Source of the DNA: Narcine bancroftii
Lineage: Eukaryota
DNA: 64,000 nt
Assembly: GCF_036971445.1 (NCBI RefSeq)
Contig: NC_091475.1
Location: 6,882,001 to 6,946,000 of the forward strand
Direction: 5' to 3'
Shown: piece by piece, positions 1-13,512 of the stretch
Layout of the letters: each line of letters opens with the position of its first letter
Position numbering within the stretch: the first letter of the stretch is position 1
Made by a program: the position numbers and the translations under genes
The notes under the pieces: generated by a model
What the model was told of the DNA's origin: nothing
Databases searched by the model: none
Seen by the model: only the letters and a program-made list of their open reading frames with translations

Positions 1-53
1 TCTTGGTGAATTTCTATTGCTGCTAGGTTTTTTGGTCCTCTGAGCTCGCAACA
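1..53 (+). mobile_element. 3' end of an LTR (same family as 34042-35236)
   Basis: tcttggtgaatttctattgctgct...aaca matches 35184-35236. Confidence 0.7.
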
Positions 54-77
54 TTACTTCGTCTCTGGATAGTCCAT

Positions 78-255
78 GTCCTTTTCACACTGGGCTAAAT
101 TGGCACACAGCCATCAGATGACCCCTGGGATGATACAACCTACCTCGGAGGTCCATCCTCCAATGTGATTTGACGCCTGCTTGTCGATTAAGGAGCTTTC
201 ACACTGAATCCTTAAGCCGTTAATTACTAGGACAAGGTGCCAGTGTGAAAGGGAC
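78..255. mobile_element. MITE (non-autonomous DNA transposon, PIF/Harbinger-like)
   Basis: 16-bp TIRs gtccttttcacactgg / ccagtgtgaaagggac (1 mismatch). Confidence 0.6.
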
Positions 256-594
256 TACTCACTCTAAAGAGAAAAACTATATGGCCTACACCAAGAACTA
301 CTCAGAACTGCCAGGCATAACCACCTCATACCTTCTCTAGTTTAATTGGCCAAAACTTCATTAGAAGAAGCCAACAAAAAACGGAGCAAAAATCATAGAA
401 AATGTACAGCTATGCTCTGGTTTGCACGAATTAAACTTTTTAGCATGGTAATTTGCTCGTTTTCTATTACTCCAAGGCCTTCTATTGTGAATGTCATACC
501 CACGAGGTGAAGATTCTAAGTGTTGCTATGTTGGTATAAAGGGTACCTAACTGACATATGCCCTTGGCTTTCTAAGCTGGTTATTTTGTATTGA

Positions 595-1485
595 ATTAGT
601 TCCCGTCTAAGTAGTCTTTGGTTGAAGGGTGGCAACTATTCCTGAACCTGGGGGTAAAGGAGTCCTGAGGTACCCATACCTCTTTCCTGGTGGCAGCAGT
701 GAGAACAGAGCACGTCCTGGATCCTTGATGATTGCTGCTGCTGCTCTGACAGCAGCGTTCCCTGTAGATGTCGTCAGTAGTATAGTATATAGCCTGTGAA
801 GTACTGTGCTGTGTCCGCACCTTTTGCATGGCCCCTTACTAGGTCACAATGCGCCCAGTCAACACACAGAATGCTATACCGAACCTCAGCAAACTCCTAA
901 GGAAGTAGAGGCACTGATTGTGCTATCTTCACGATGACATGAGTAGGAAGGCTACAGGAAAGGTCCTCAGAGATGATGACTCCCGGGAATTTAAATGTTC
1001 TCACCCTCTCCACCGATGACCCCTCAATGATCACTGGGTTGTAGGTCTCTGGTTTTCTTTTCCTAAAGTCTGCAATGAAATCCTTGATTTTGGTGAGAGG
1101 TTGTTGTTAGTACTCTATTCAACCAAGTTTTAAAGACCCCTGCCACATGTATATAACCAAATAGATATACAGAGTCCACTCTGGTGGCAATATCAGCAAA
1201 TTTGTACATGGTATGGTTGTTGTAATGAGGCTCACAGTCATCGTGTAAAGAAAGTAGAGCAGGGGCCTAAGAACACAGCCCTGTGGTGCTCCGGTGCTGA
1301 TGGGAGATTGAAGATGCTCTTACCAATACACACTGATTGGAGGTGAGAAAGCCCAAGATCCAATTGCACAGTGGGGTATCGAGTCCCAGGGCTTGGAGTT
1401 TGCTGGTTAGTTTTAAGGGGGGGGGGAAGTGACAGTGTTGAATGTCAAACTATAGTCAATAAAGAGCATCATTGCTGTCCAGGTG
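595..1485 (-). mobile_element. degenerate Rex1/Babar-type LINE fragment
   Basis: DIYRERC remnant; homologous to 59670-61190. Confidence 0.7.
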
Positions 1486-2535
1486 AATCAAATCCCTTCA
1501 CAACAAAAATCCTGATAACCAACAACCATTTTAAACAACACAGGTGCCCCACCTACACAAATTCAATTGTCTATTAAATGAGTAGACGTGAATCAATTTC
1601 ATTGGGTGCATTGGACATCGCGCCGACATGGGGTTCATGTTGGGGCACACACTGGATCCATGCAGTTGAAAATACCATTAAACTTTTGTCGTTATCAATA
1701 CCCAAGTACTCAAGAAAAAAAAAGGGCAATGTGATCACAATATAGCATTATATAAAATTTTTTTAAAAAATCAGTTAAAATTACAAGGTCCTAAGCAATG
1801 CATTTTTCCCCCAAAAAGTATCTTAACTTTAACCAAGAAAAACTATCAAACTGCAAGTTTTTTTTTAAAAAAGACCACTGATAGTACTGAGACCAAATTA
1901 CACCATATTCTTTGTTGTCAAGATAGGTCGCTGGCCTTGATCCAATTTGATATCATGCTTGGCCCTTGAGAAAACAAAGTAGCACCCCTCAAAGTGACGT
2001 CACCAGAACATGGAAAAATATTTGTCGTGAAGGAACTTGAAATCAAATAAAAAGCTTCTGTCAGTCTTTTTCTTCTGGGACATCAACAAGCATCATTTCC
2101 CCTCAGACTTCCACCTCTAACCTACTGGTTGAGAAAATAATCAGACTGTGAGAAAAATAAGCTTTCTAAAAAGGTACAAATCTGGAAGAAAACAAAAATT
2201 GCACTCCTCATCATACTTCCAGGCTAGGTAACCAAATTAGCACACGTTGCTCCATTTCCTTATCTTATTGTCCCAGTAAAATCAAGGTGATAATATTCGA
2301 AAAGAGCATTAATAACCAGGTCTGCTCATCGATTCTGCTACAGTTTGTGGAAAATAGTTGGAGTGCAATTGTTCTGGAAATTAGAAAGACAGTAGACCCC
2401 AAAGGCCCATCAGCCGCTAAGAAAAATCAACTGGTGGCATAAACATTTTGACTGTGTTTCCATATTGTGATCACATGGATATTGTCACTTCAAGCAGGAC
2501 AAACACAGAATGATTTTCATTATATACATGATCCA

Positions 2536-2703
2536 GTCTTTCTTTGGCTTGGCTTCGCGGACGAAGATTTATGGAGGGGGTAAAAAGTCCACGTCAGCTG
2601 CAGGCTCGTTTGTGGCTGACAAGTCCGATGCGGGACAGGCAGACACGATTGCAGCAGTTGCAAGGGAAAATTGGTTGGTTGGGGTTGGGTGTTGGGTTTT
2701 TCC
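2536..2703 (-). mobile_element. 5'-truncated RTE LINE 3' end
   Basis: reverse complement of ~18220-18381; TSD tgatcca at 2529-2535 and 2704-2710. Confidence 0.88.
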
Positions 2704-4069
2704 TGATCCATTCACAGACTTAATCTACGTGTCATTAGGTTGCTGAAGATGCCAGTTTTTTTTTAATTAAATCAAAAATAAACTGTGCAGATACAGACAA
2801 TTAAGTTTTCACAATCGAACAGATAAAAATCGATGGAATTGGTTATGCAATTCCTTTAGAGCAGTAGATTTCCGATGTAGAAAATGATTTACCATCTTAA
2901 AGCACCTACCACCATCTGTTGGTTTAAGAAGGAAACTGCTCATATTTCTTGATACCAGAAATTATTAGTTAGAAAACTTTTTGCAACAAATGGATCAGAA
3001 TTTTGATGCAACCCATTTCAATTAAAGCATTAACAGCATTTGACAAGTTTCATATGTTGCAAATGGTGAAATGCAATATAAAACAGTCAATCAATAGATT
3101 AGACCACACAATATCACAAAGCGTTACAGATAATTAAAATTTTGTAGTTCAACACCAGTTAGTCAGAACTATAAAAAAGAAAAATAGGACTGCTCAATCA
3201 AATTTCTGATGTTTATTCTGCATATCTCTCCTTCAGGCTACACAGGAGAACATGGACCGAAATTCATATCCAACTCGGATCCCAAAACCAAGATCCAGTA
3301 CAATAAAGTTCAAGATGCCTGAAAGATCTATCTCCAAATCTGAACTACAGTCATAAATACAGTACAACCTGCAAGAAAACAGCCAAAAAGTGCTACTTTC
3401 AATTTCTGTACTCAAGCTAGTTTTGTAAAAATATAACATTTTTATTTTGCCAACAATGAGCTGACAACCATTTGCTGTAGAATAGAGGGTCGTTTGTATT
3501 CATTGGAAGGTGCAGAAGATGTGTATCGAAAGCTGTGGCAAACAAGCCTAAAAATCAGGATCAAGCCTCACAGGAAATCTGTTAACCTCGAATGGTAAAT
3601 TTCAGACCAGTTCCGAAATCAACAATCTTCCAACTTTAACCTCTCTGGAGTTAAATTGTCCACATTCATGTTTTAAAGAACTGAACAGTTTTCACTTTAG
3701 AAACAGTCTCTACGAAACGATGCAACACCAAGACCAACACAAGAATTGTTGACCTCTTCATTCCACTTCAAGTGTAAATTTATCAAATGTTTCTATATAA
3801 ACAAACTTAAGCATGAAATAATTGCACATCGCCATTTCCTTTGCAATAGCATAGAAGAATATCACAAGGAAACAGAACTATTGGACAGAGATCCCTTGCT
3901 TCGGTAATATTGAGTAATGAGGAACAACTCAATTCTTCAATAAGATTAAATGCCTTGATCGTTTAAAATGGAATATTATTGTTATGAATAATCGCTGAAC
4001 TAAATAATTGTGAGAAGATTTGAATAAACAGATAAATGGTGAACAAGGTTCCAAATATAAGGATTGGGA

Positions 4070-4245
4070 ACGGACCCGAGTTAAAATCCTGCGCTGACAT
4101 TCTCCCCATGTCTGCGTGGGCTTTCCCCAGGGGGCTCTGGTTTCCTCCCACCCTTCAAAAGCATACTGGGGTGTAGGTTTATGGGCTGTAATTTGGACAG
4201 CACGGACTCACCTGATACAGTGCTGTATATCTAATTTTTTTTTTA
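4070..4245 (+). mobile_element. V-SINE (HE1-like) fragment
   Basis: V-domain-like ctctggtttcctccca; related to 47938-48185. Confidence 0.65.
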
Positions 4246-4509
4246 ATTATGAAAAATAATTCAATTCACACCAATCAGATTGTTCAGTCAATTATAATAT
4301 GTCAAAAGAAATTTGCCAATTGGGTGACATTTCCCACAAGCATTTAGATCAGGTGAAGGGAGGTGGGTGTGGGCTGTGCACAATTCAGCACAATTCTGCC
4401 ACCATGTGGCGAAGACAAACAAATAGAGTACACACTACCATCTCCTGGCAAACACATTGCAACAAACGCAGTGGGGTTTTGACCTGAAATGTTGACTGTC
4501 AACTGCGAT

Positions 4510-5411
4510 TAGGCCCTTTTAGTGTAAAATCGGGTGAACTGGACAATTTGTACAGTTAGTGCCCTAGTTACATGGAAGTTTGAGAGGGTCCATCCCCATT
4601 GGAACCTAATTGGGTCTCTGATCTACCTCAGAGGCAGTCGGAACCCAGTTAAACTTACCTAGGTCTCGTCCACAGCCAAATTGAGAAGGAAAATGGCCGA
4701 TCCGTTTATTCCGATGATGTCCGTGCGTGCATCTTGGGGCAGCCAGCATCTGAACATCCGGCAGTACTTCCAGTGAGTGCGTGACACGTCATTGCAGGGG
4801 CAGGATCCCCCTTAAATCACCGGGTTGGCAACTTGATGGGTAGATCCCCTGTGATTTGAAAGGTGCTTCCACCACCTTTGCCCCAGTAATCACACCTGGG
4901 TCCCAGGAGGGGTACTCAGGTGCTGCAGTTTAAAAGGGGCTATTCATGAATGCTGCCTGAACCAGAGTTCCTGCACATTTTGTGTGTTGCAGCCCTTTGT
5001 CATTAGGCCCTTTTAAATTGCCTTGTAAATGGAGGTCAACCAGGCAATTTACTAGGTTGAACACCCAGTTACAGAGCTTTTTGAAAGGGCCGAACTGGGC
5101 AAGCCCAGTCAAAATCTACCCAGTTCCCAGACTTCCCCAGGTGTCCTCCTCTGCCTACTTGAAAGGGGAAATGGCTCACCCACTTACTCTGGAACTTTAA
5201 ACAGAAAGAACACAGGGAACAAGGGACTCCCTAGGGCTGGGTGACACATCCCTCACAACTTCATTGCAGGGGCAGAATCTCCCTTAAATTGCCAGGTTGG
5301 CAATTTAACAGGTAGATTAGGCTGCTATTTGAAAGGTACAGGAGGCACACACTACCCAGCATCTAACCCGGGACTCAGGAGGGTTACCCAGGTGCAATTT
5401 GAAAGCACCTA
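4510..5411. mobile_element. two adjacent related MITEs (Harbinger-like)
   Basis: both start ttaggcccttt (4509, 5003), end aaaaggggcta / gaaagcacctaa; shared core tcattgcaggggcag...ccttaaat (4789, 5261). Confidence 0.5.
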
Positions 5412-8122
5412 ATCTCTCCATGTCCACCCCTGTCCCCCACCCCCCATTTCTCTCCACCCCAAGGACTTCCATTTACAAAGCACCATAGCTTGGCAAAAAT
5501 GTCCTCAGACATTTCATATCAACACGTTGCAGAGACAGGCCCGTCAACCCAACATGTAGACGCAGAGTATCAAGTATTAATTCATAAGAGAATAGGATTT
5601 GGGTAAGAGTTAAGACAATGAGCAGAATTTTGGAATCTATCAACTTTATAGAAAATAAAACAAAGCCAATGGAATTATTTCAAGAAAGGAATGGATGAAG
5701 GTTTCTGTTGCACATGCACTGACGTTGAGGTGGTGTTTTAAAACAGAAAGTAGTTTTCAAACTTTTTCTTTCCATCTACATAGCACTTTAAGTAATCCCT
5801 TACTCATCACAGAGCACCTATGGCATAGGGATTACTTAAAGTGGTATGCGAGTAGAAATAAAAAGTTTGAAAACCACTGGTTTACAAGAAAATGAAATAG
5901 AGGCTTTCCCTTCCAACAAAGAGCAAAAGCGTGATCATTTATTATTTATTAATTGGGGGGATCTGAAACATCTCTCATGAGGGGACATCAGTTACTCACC
6001 CATAATTGTGGGAACAAAGGTGAGCGTGAACTATGTTCATGATCTCCTGCAGTCATTCAGGAGAGCAGAGAGTTCCAGGATTTAGACGCAAGAACAATGA
6101 AGATCTAGCAGTACATTTCCAAGTCGGCAAAGTTTGTGATTTAAGGAGAAATTGCAGGTGGTGATGCTACCATGTACCTACTTCCCTTGTCAGATATAAA
6201 CAGGTAGAGGTCACATGTTTTGGCAGGTCCAACTAGAGCAACTGCAGTGCATTTAGTAAGTGGGGCAGACTAGTTATAAAAATTGCTGATTAGTCATCAT
6301 CTGGTCATTAGTTTTCTTGGAAAGCAGGACACATTTGGCAACATTGCACATCAAGTAGATGCCAGACTGCAATAAACCTGTGACATGGGAACCAACACTT
6401 GCAAGTGTCCAGTTGCACACTCTGCAATCTGGCACAAAACTACTAGAGCAACCATCTTTTCGATGAGATGTTCAGCTGTAACTCATGTACTTCATCAACC
6501 CAGCTCAGTCCACACTGCCATCAGTTCCATTATTCAATCTCCGTGGCTCTACTTGATCGCAGACGTTCACTTTGCTGTCTGCATTCCTTCTCTGCTTCCT
6601 TTTCCTCCACGACTCTCTCATTCACTCTTCCAATTTCACTTACACCCACACTTCTCTTCAGACTTCCTCATCACTTATGTTTCTACCATTTGATGGACTG
6701 CATTCAGAGTTTGTGATATAGTTGCTAAACCAAATAGTTCACAAAAGTTTTGCAAAATACCATTTCTTGTCCACAATTCTAAACTTCCAGTTGCCTGTTC
6801 CTTTCATTCTCAAGTTTATTATCATCTGATTGCACATGTACAACCATATGAATCAGTGTTTCTTCGGTCCTTAGTGCATACACGTATACACACAGCACAT
6901 AATAATAATTATATCATTTTTTTAAATATATACAGGTATTTTTTTTGGATGATTTACTTGGTTAGTCTATTGCTCATAAAGCTCACAGCTATTTCCCAAC
7001 CTGGCAGTCTTGATTTTGATGCTTGTTTGAGGACCCAATGTTTTATTTTAAAATCCTGCAACAGCAGATGTGGGCTCAAGATGGCAGTGCCTGTGATTGG
7101 CAGCAGCCACGAGGGATTGCAGACTCCAGGGAAGCAGGGCACCGGAAAATGGAGACGAACCCCCCCATTTTAGAAGGAAAAGTAGAGGCGACAACCCTAT
7201 GGGTCGGTGACCACACCAGACCAGTGAGGGGTTCTGTGGCTGAGGAACACAGGCAGCGTGCTGTTGTCAACTCAAGACGAGGTGCCCATGCAGGCTGCGG
7301 GTTGGCAAATGTGGTCAGAAGACTCAGACCAGGCTAGAGACCGGCTGAAAGGATAGGAGGTATCGGAACTGGGATGCGAGAGGATGCTGGAAGTTTCCTG
7401 ATGGTGTCAAAGGTTTGGATCTGAAACTCGGGTTACCAATGGTTTGGACTGGAGTGAGTGTGGCTGCGGGATCACTGGAGGCAAATCCACAGACACTCAG
7501 TGATTCTGGGAGTCTCTCTTTTCTTCTCTTTCTCCGGCTAAAAGAGGTGCCTTGCAATTTCTGCTAGTGGCGAATCAGTCTACCTTACTGTAGATTAATG
7601 CTAATTTTGTGTAATATTACATCTGTTTTATTACATGATAATGAAGGAACATTGAATCTTCCTTTTTGATGGTAGTGGGTAAAAGATACTGTGTGCTGGA
7701 TAGACAGACTCCTCAATAATTCAAAACACCCGTCATCTTCTTAGCTGTTACGATGCTCCTCTGTATTGAATTGCTCTATTTGGCCTTTTAAACTTCAAAC
7801 CCCACAGCCTGCATCTTTCTCAGGAACTCGATATTATATAAAAATAATAATTCTCAATTTTCAATCTCCCAGTTTCATACAAGAGCTTGCCAGAGTTCAA
7901 GTGGATAGTAGGAGAATTCGCTTTGATTTCAGCAATTCGTGTTAATTTGTCATTGTTCAAACTCTCTTTGTCCCCCAATTCCCGGTTGATTAACTGCTAC
8001 CGACCCCCGTCCCCACCTCCTCTGCCGGTGCCCATTTGGTCTGCGCTCCAGTTGGTTTTCTCTGCGTCTCTACCCCTGAGAATACCAACTTTCCTATGCA
8101 TTGAAGTGTCATGCCAGAAACT

Positions 8123-8508
8123 NNNNNNNNNNNNNNNNNNNNNNNNNNNNNNNNNNNNNNNNNNNNNNNNNNNNNNNNNNNNNNNNNNNNNNNNNNNNNN
8201 NNNNNNNNNNNNNNNNNNNNNNNNNNNNNNNNNNNNNNNNNNNNNNNNNNNNNNNNNNNNNNNNNNNNNNNNNNNNNNNNNNNNNNNNNNNNNNNNNNNN
8301 NNNNNNNNNNNNNNNNNNNNNNNNNNNNNNNNNNNNNNNNNNNNNNNNNNNNNNNNNNNNNNNNNNNNNNNNNNNNNNNNNNNNNNNNNNNNNNNNNNNN
8401 NNNNNNNNNNNNNNNNNNNNNNNNNNNNNNNNNNNNNNNNNNNNNNNNNNNNNNNNNNNNNNNNNNNNNNNNNNNNNNNNNNNNNNNNNNNNNNNNNNNN
8501 NNNNNNNC
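8123..8508. other. assembly gap (N run)
   Basis: 386 N. Confidence 1.
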
Positions 8509-8559
8509 TTTCTGGCATTTGTTTCGAACTTTACGCTGGCCTTTTCTTCCTTTGGCCCT

Positions 8560-9353
8560 CACTACGTTTCTTTTTTCAAATCAACTTTCTTTGTACTCGC
8601 CTTCTTTCGCCGCTCAACAGTGTCCTGCGTTACCATTAAGATCACCCAGCTCTTTGCAGTGGGTCCACGCTTCGCACCAGGGTTTGCTCCAGCACATTAA
8701 CCCACCGCGCTGCACTGTCACCGCCTGCTGCTGCTGCCGCTACTGCTGGCGGGCGGAGGAGGGTTGGGGGGTGGGGGGTGGGCGGAGGAGGGGTGGGGGT
8801 CGTCCAGACTATAGCAGTGCAGTGTCCTCACACCCACTCGGTCCTATTTCCCGCACGTGGGAGGTTGCGCAGCGCCCGAAGTTCCAGCCTTCAACGAGCG
8901 GCCCTAATAAAGCCCGAGGTGTGGAGGGAGGGAGGGGGCTGCGCCCACCCCCACCACCAGTTGAAGGTTCTGTCCAAGAGAGACCCCCCCCCCAAACCCA
9001 CCCCCGCGCTCGCCAGCAACGAGGAGCCCACGTACCTGGTGCCGTCCAGCGCCGCGCTCCTTCCCCGTCCGTCGGCAGCGTGGCCTCAACTCCACCAAGG
9101 AAAGCACTTTCGACACGACCCTAATTTTACAGAGTCCAGGGACACCCACCAACGACAAGGCTGAAGACCGCGCTGAGGCAATACCGTGCTCGCCGTTTCT
9201 AATTTTCTTTTGCGCGTCCTTGGATAACTTCCTTCCCCTAAACTCCACCGTCTATTGAAACTGCTGCGCTGAACAGGAACTTGCTGGTTCCCAGGGTAAC
9301 CTGTCGACGCCGGAAGTGGACTGTTCCCTGCGAGAATGCGCATGATCGACTTC
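8560..9353 (-). promoter_or_regulatory. CpG island promoter and probable non-coding first exon (~9185-9300) of an unidentified - strand gene
   Basis: CpG-rich; ETS site CCGGAAGTG 9310-9318; NRF1-like TGCGCATG ~9337; - strand donor ACG|gtattg at 9185/9184; G-runs 8760-8800. Confidence 0.5.
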
Positions 9354-12300
9354 AACTCTGGCAATGTTCTGCTTGCAAGCCTTGATTGGTTGATTTATTC
9401 ACAGAACTCTGGCAATATTCTGCTTGCAAGCTTTGATTGGTTGATTTATTCACAGAACTCTGGCAATATTCTGCTTGCAAGCCTTGATTGGTTGATTTAT
9501 TCACAGAACTCTGGCAATATTCTGCTTGCAAGCTTTGATTGGTTGATTTATTCACAGAACTCTGGCAATATTCTGCTTGCAAGCTTTGATTGGTTGATTT
9601 ATTCACAGAACTCTGGCAATGTTCTGCTTGCAAGCCTTGATTGGTTGATTTATTCACAGAACTCTGGCAATATTCTGCTTGCAAGCTTTGATTGGTTGAT
9701 TTATTCACAGAACTCTGGCAATATTCTGCTTGCAAGCCTTGATTGGTTGATTTATTCACAGAACTCTGGCAATATTCTGCTTGCAAGCCTTGATTGGTTG
9801 ATTTATTCACAGAACTCTGGCAATATTCTGCTTGCAAGCTTTGATTGGTTGATTTATTCACAGAACTCTGGCAATATTCTGCTTGCAAGCCTTGATTGGT
9901 TGATTTATTCACAGAACTCTGGCAATATTCTGCTTGCAAGCTTTGATTGGTTGATTTATTCACAGAACTCTGGCAATATTCTGCTTGCAAGCCTTGATTG
10001 GTTGATTTATTCACAGAACTCTGGCAATGTTCTGCTTGCAAGCCTTGATTGGTTGATTTATTCACAGAACTCTGGCAATATTCTGCTTGCAAGCTTTGAT
10101 TGGTTGATTTATTCACAGAACTCTGGCAATATTCTGCTTGCAAGCCTTGATTGGTTGATTTATTCACAGAACTCTGGCAATATTCTGCTTGCAAGCTTTG
10201 ATTGGTTGATTTATTCACAGAACTCTGGCAATATTCTGCTTGCAAGCCTTGATTGGTTGATTTATTCACAGAACTCTGGCAATATTCTGCTTGCAAGCTT
10301 TGATTGGTTGATTTATTCACAGAACTCTGGCAATATTCTGCTTGCAAGCTTTGATTGGTTGATTTATTCACAGAACTCTGGCAATGTTCTGCTTGCAAGC
10401 CTTGATTGGTTGATTTATTCACAGAACTCTGGCAATATTCTGCTTGCAAGCTTTGATTGGTTGATTTATTCACAGAACTCTGGCAATATTCTGCTTGCAA
10501 GCCTTGATTGGTTGATTTATTCACAGAACTCTGGCAATATTCTGCTTGCAAGCCTTGATTGGTTGATTTATTCACAGAACTCTGGCAATATTCTGCTTGC
10601 AAGCTTTGATTGGTTGATTTATTCACAGAACTCTGGCAATGTTCTGCTTGCAAGCCTTGATTGGTTGATTTATTCACAGAACTCTGGCAATATTCTGCTT
10701 GCAAGCTTTGATTGGTTGATTTATTCACAGAACTCTGGCAATATTCTGCTTGCAAGCCTTGATTGGTTGATTTATTCACAGAACTCTGGCAATATTCTGC
10801 TTGCAAGCTTTGATTGGTTGATTTATTCACAGAACTCTGGCAATATTCTGCTTGCAAGCCTTGATTGGTTGATTTATTCACAGAACTCTGGCAATATTCT
10901 GCTTGCAAGCTTTGATTGGTTGATTTATTCACAGAACTCTGGCAATATTCTGCTTGCAAGCTTTGATTGGTTGATTTATTCACAGAACTCTGGCAATGTT
11001 CTGCTTGCAAGCCTTGATTGGTTGATTTATTCACAGAACTCTGGCAATATTCTGCTTGCAAGCTTTGATTGGTTGATTTATTCACAGAACTCTGGCAATA
11101 TTCTGCTTGCAAGCCTTGATTGGTTGATTTATTCACAGAACTCTGGCAATATTCTGCTTGCAAGCTTTGATTGGTTGATTTATTCACAGAACTCTGGCAA
11201 TATTCTGCTTGCAAGCCTTGATTGGTTGATTTATTCACAGAACTCTGGCAATGTTCTGCTTGCAAGCCTTGATTGGTTGATTTATTCACAGAACTCTGGC
11301 AATATTCTGCTTGCAAGCTTTGATTGGTTGATTTATTCACAGAACTCTGGCAATATTCTGCTTGCAAGCCTTGATTGGTTGATTTATTCACAGAACTCTG
11401 GCAATATTCTGCTTGCAAGCCTTGATTGGTTGATTTATTCACAGAACTCTGGCAATATTCTGCTTGCAAGCTTTGATTGGTTGATTTATTCACAGAACTC
11501 TGGCAATATTCTGCTTGCAAGCCTTGATTGGTTGATTTATTCACAGAACTCTGGCAATATTCTGCTTGCAAGCTTTGATTGGTTGATTTATTCACAGAAC
11601 TCTGGCAATATTCTGCTTGCAAGCCTTGATTGGTTGATTTATTCACAGAACTCTGGCAATATTCTGCTTGCAAGCTTTGATTGGTTGATTTATTCACAGA
11701 ACTCTGGCAATATTCTGCTTGCAAGCTTTGATTGGTTGATTTATTCACAGAACTCTGGCAATATTCTGCTTGCAAGCTTTGATTGGTTGATTTATTCACA
11801 GAACTCTGGCAATATTCTGCTTGCAAGCTTTGATTGGTTGATTTATTCACAGAACTCTGGCAATATTCTGCTTGCAAGCCTTGATTGGTTGATTTATTCA
11901 CAGAACTCTGGCAATATTCTGCTTGCAAGCCTTGATTGGTTGATTTATTCACAGAACTCTGGCAATATTCTGCTTGCAAGCTTTGATTGGTTGATTTATT
12001 CACAGAACTCTGGCAATATTCTGCTTGCAAGCTTTGATTGGTTGATTTATTCACAGAACTCTGGCAATGTTCTGCTTGCAAGCCTTGATTGGTTGATTTA
12101 TTCACAGAACTCTGGCAATATTCTGCTTGCAAGCCTTGATTGGTTGATTTATTCACAGAACTCTGGCAATATTCTGCTTGCAAGCTTTGATTGGTTGATT
12201 TATTCACAGAACTCTGGCAATATTCTGCTTGCAAGCTTTGATTGGTTGATTTATTCACAGAACTCTGGCAATATTCTGCTTGCAAGCCTTGATTGGTTGA

Positions 12301-13222
12301 TTTATTCACAGAACTCTGGCAATATTCTGCTTGCAAGCCTTGATTGGTTGATTTATTCACAGAACTCTGGCAATATTCTGCTTGCAAGCTTTGATTGGTT
12401 GATTTATTCACAGAACTCTGGCAATATTCTGCTTGCAAGCTTTGATTGGTTGATTTATTCACAGAACTCTGGCAATATTCTGCTTGCAAGCCTTGATTGG
12501 TTGATTTATTCACAGAACTCTGGCAATATTCTGCTTGCAAGCCTTGATTGGTTGATTTATTCACAGAACTCTGGCAATATTCTGCTTGCAAGCTTTGATT
12601 GGTTGATTTATTCACAGAACTCTGGCAATATTCTGCTTGCAAGCTTTGATTGGTTGATTTATTCACAGAACTCTGGCAATATTCTGATTGCAAGCCTTGA
12701 TTGGTTGATTTATTCACAGAACTCTGGCAATATTCTGCTTGCAAGCTTTGATTGGTTGATTTATTCACAGAACTCTGGCAATATTCTGCTTGCAAGCCTT
12801 GATTGGTTGATTTATTCACAGAACTCTGGCAATATTCTGCTTGCAAGCTTTGATTGGTTGATTTATTCACAGAACTCTGGCAATATTCTGCTTGCAAGCC
12901 TTGATTGGTTGATTTATTCACAGAACTCTGGCAATATTCTGCTTGCAAGCCTTGATTTGTTGATTTATTCACAGAACTCTGGCAATATTCTGCTTGCAAG
13001 CTTTGATTGGTTGATTTATTCACAGAACTCTGGCAATATTCTGCTTGCAAGCCTTGATTGGTTGATTTATTCAAAGAACTCTGGCAATATTCTGCTTGCA
13101 AGCCTTGATTGGTTGATTTATTCAAAGAACTCTGGCAATATTCTGCTTGCAAGCCTTGATTGATTGATTTACTCACAGAACTTTGGCAATATTCTTGCAA
13201 ACTTTATTGATTGATTTATTCA
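9354..13222. repeat. 51-bp minisatellite, ~76 copies
   Basis: unit AACTCTGGCAAT(A/G)TTCTGCTTGCAAGC(C/T)TTGATTGGTTGATTTATTCACAG; degenerates at the right end. Confidence 0.98.
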
Positions 13223-13346
13223 GTGCTGCAGTTTAGTTAGAGGACCAAAAGGGTTTTTTTCCCCCCTCAGCAGTGATTTCTTACTCAGTTGTCAGATTGA
13301 GTTGCTGAGTTGACATCATTAATTCACCAATTATCTCAGCCTTTAA

Positions 13347-13512
13347 AGACAAAGGAGGAAAAACCCAACACCCAACCCCAACCCACCAATTTTCCCTTGC
13401 AACCATGCCTGCCTGTCCCACATCGGACTTGTCAGTCACCAACGAGCCTGCAGCAGACGAGGACATACCCCTCCATAAATCTTCGTCCACGAAGCCAAGC
13501 TAAAGAAAAGAA
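13347..13512 (+). mobile_element. RTE LINE 3' end fragment
   Basis: similar to 18205-18381 with more substitutions. Confidence 0.85.

Noticed and set aside
8111-8518. 9-bp inverted match atgccagaa/ttctggcat flanking the gap
   Set aside because: Too short to interpret without the gap sequence
7887-9124. Long ORFs spanning 7.9-9.1 kb
   Set aside because: Artefacts of the N gap and GC-rich island
9336-13200. Antiparallel 1275-aa and 1282-aa ORFs over the 51-bp array
   Set aside because: A 51-bp unit (multiple of 3) lacking a stop in one frame gives long ORFs automatically. The variable sites are non-synonymous on both strands, there is no non-repeat domain, and the - ORF has no ATG start. Ribo-seq or proteomics would be needed to revive it.
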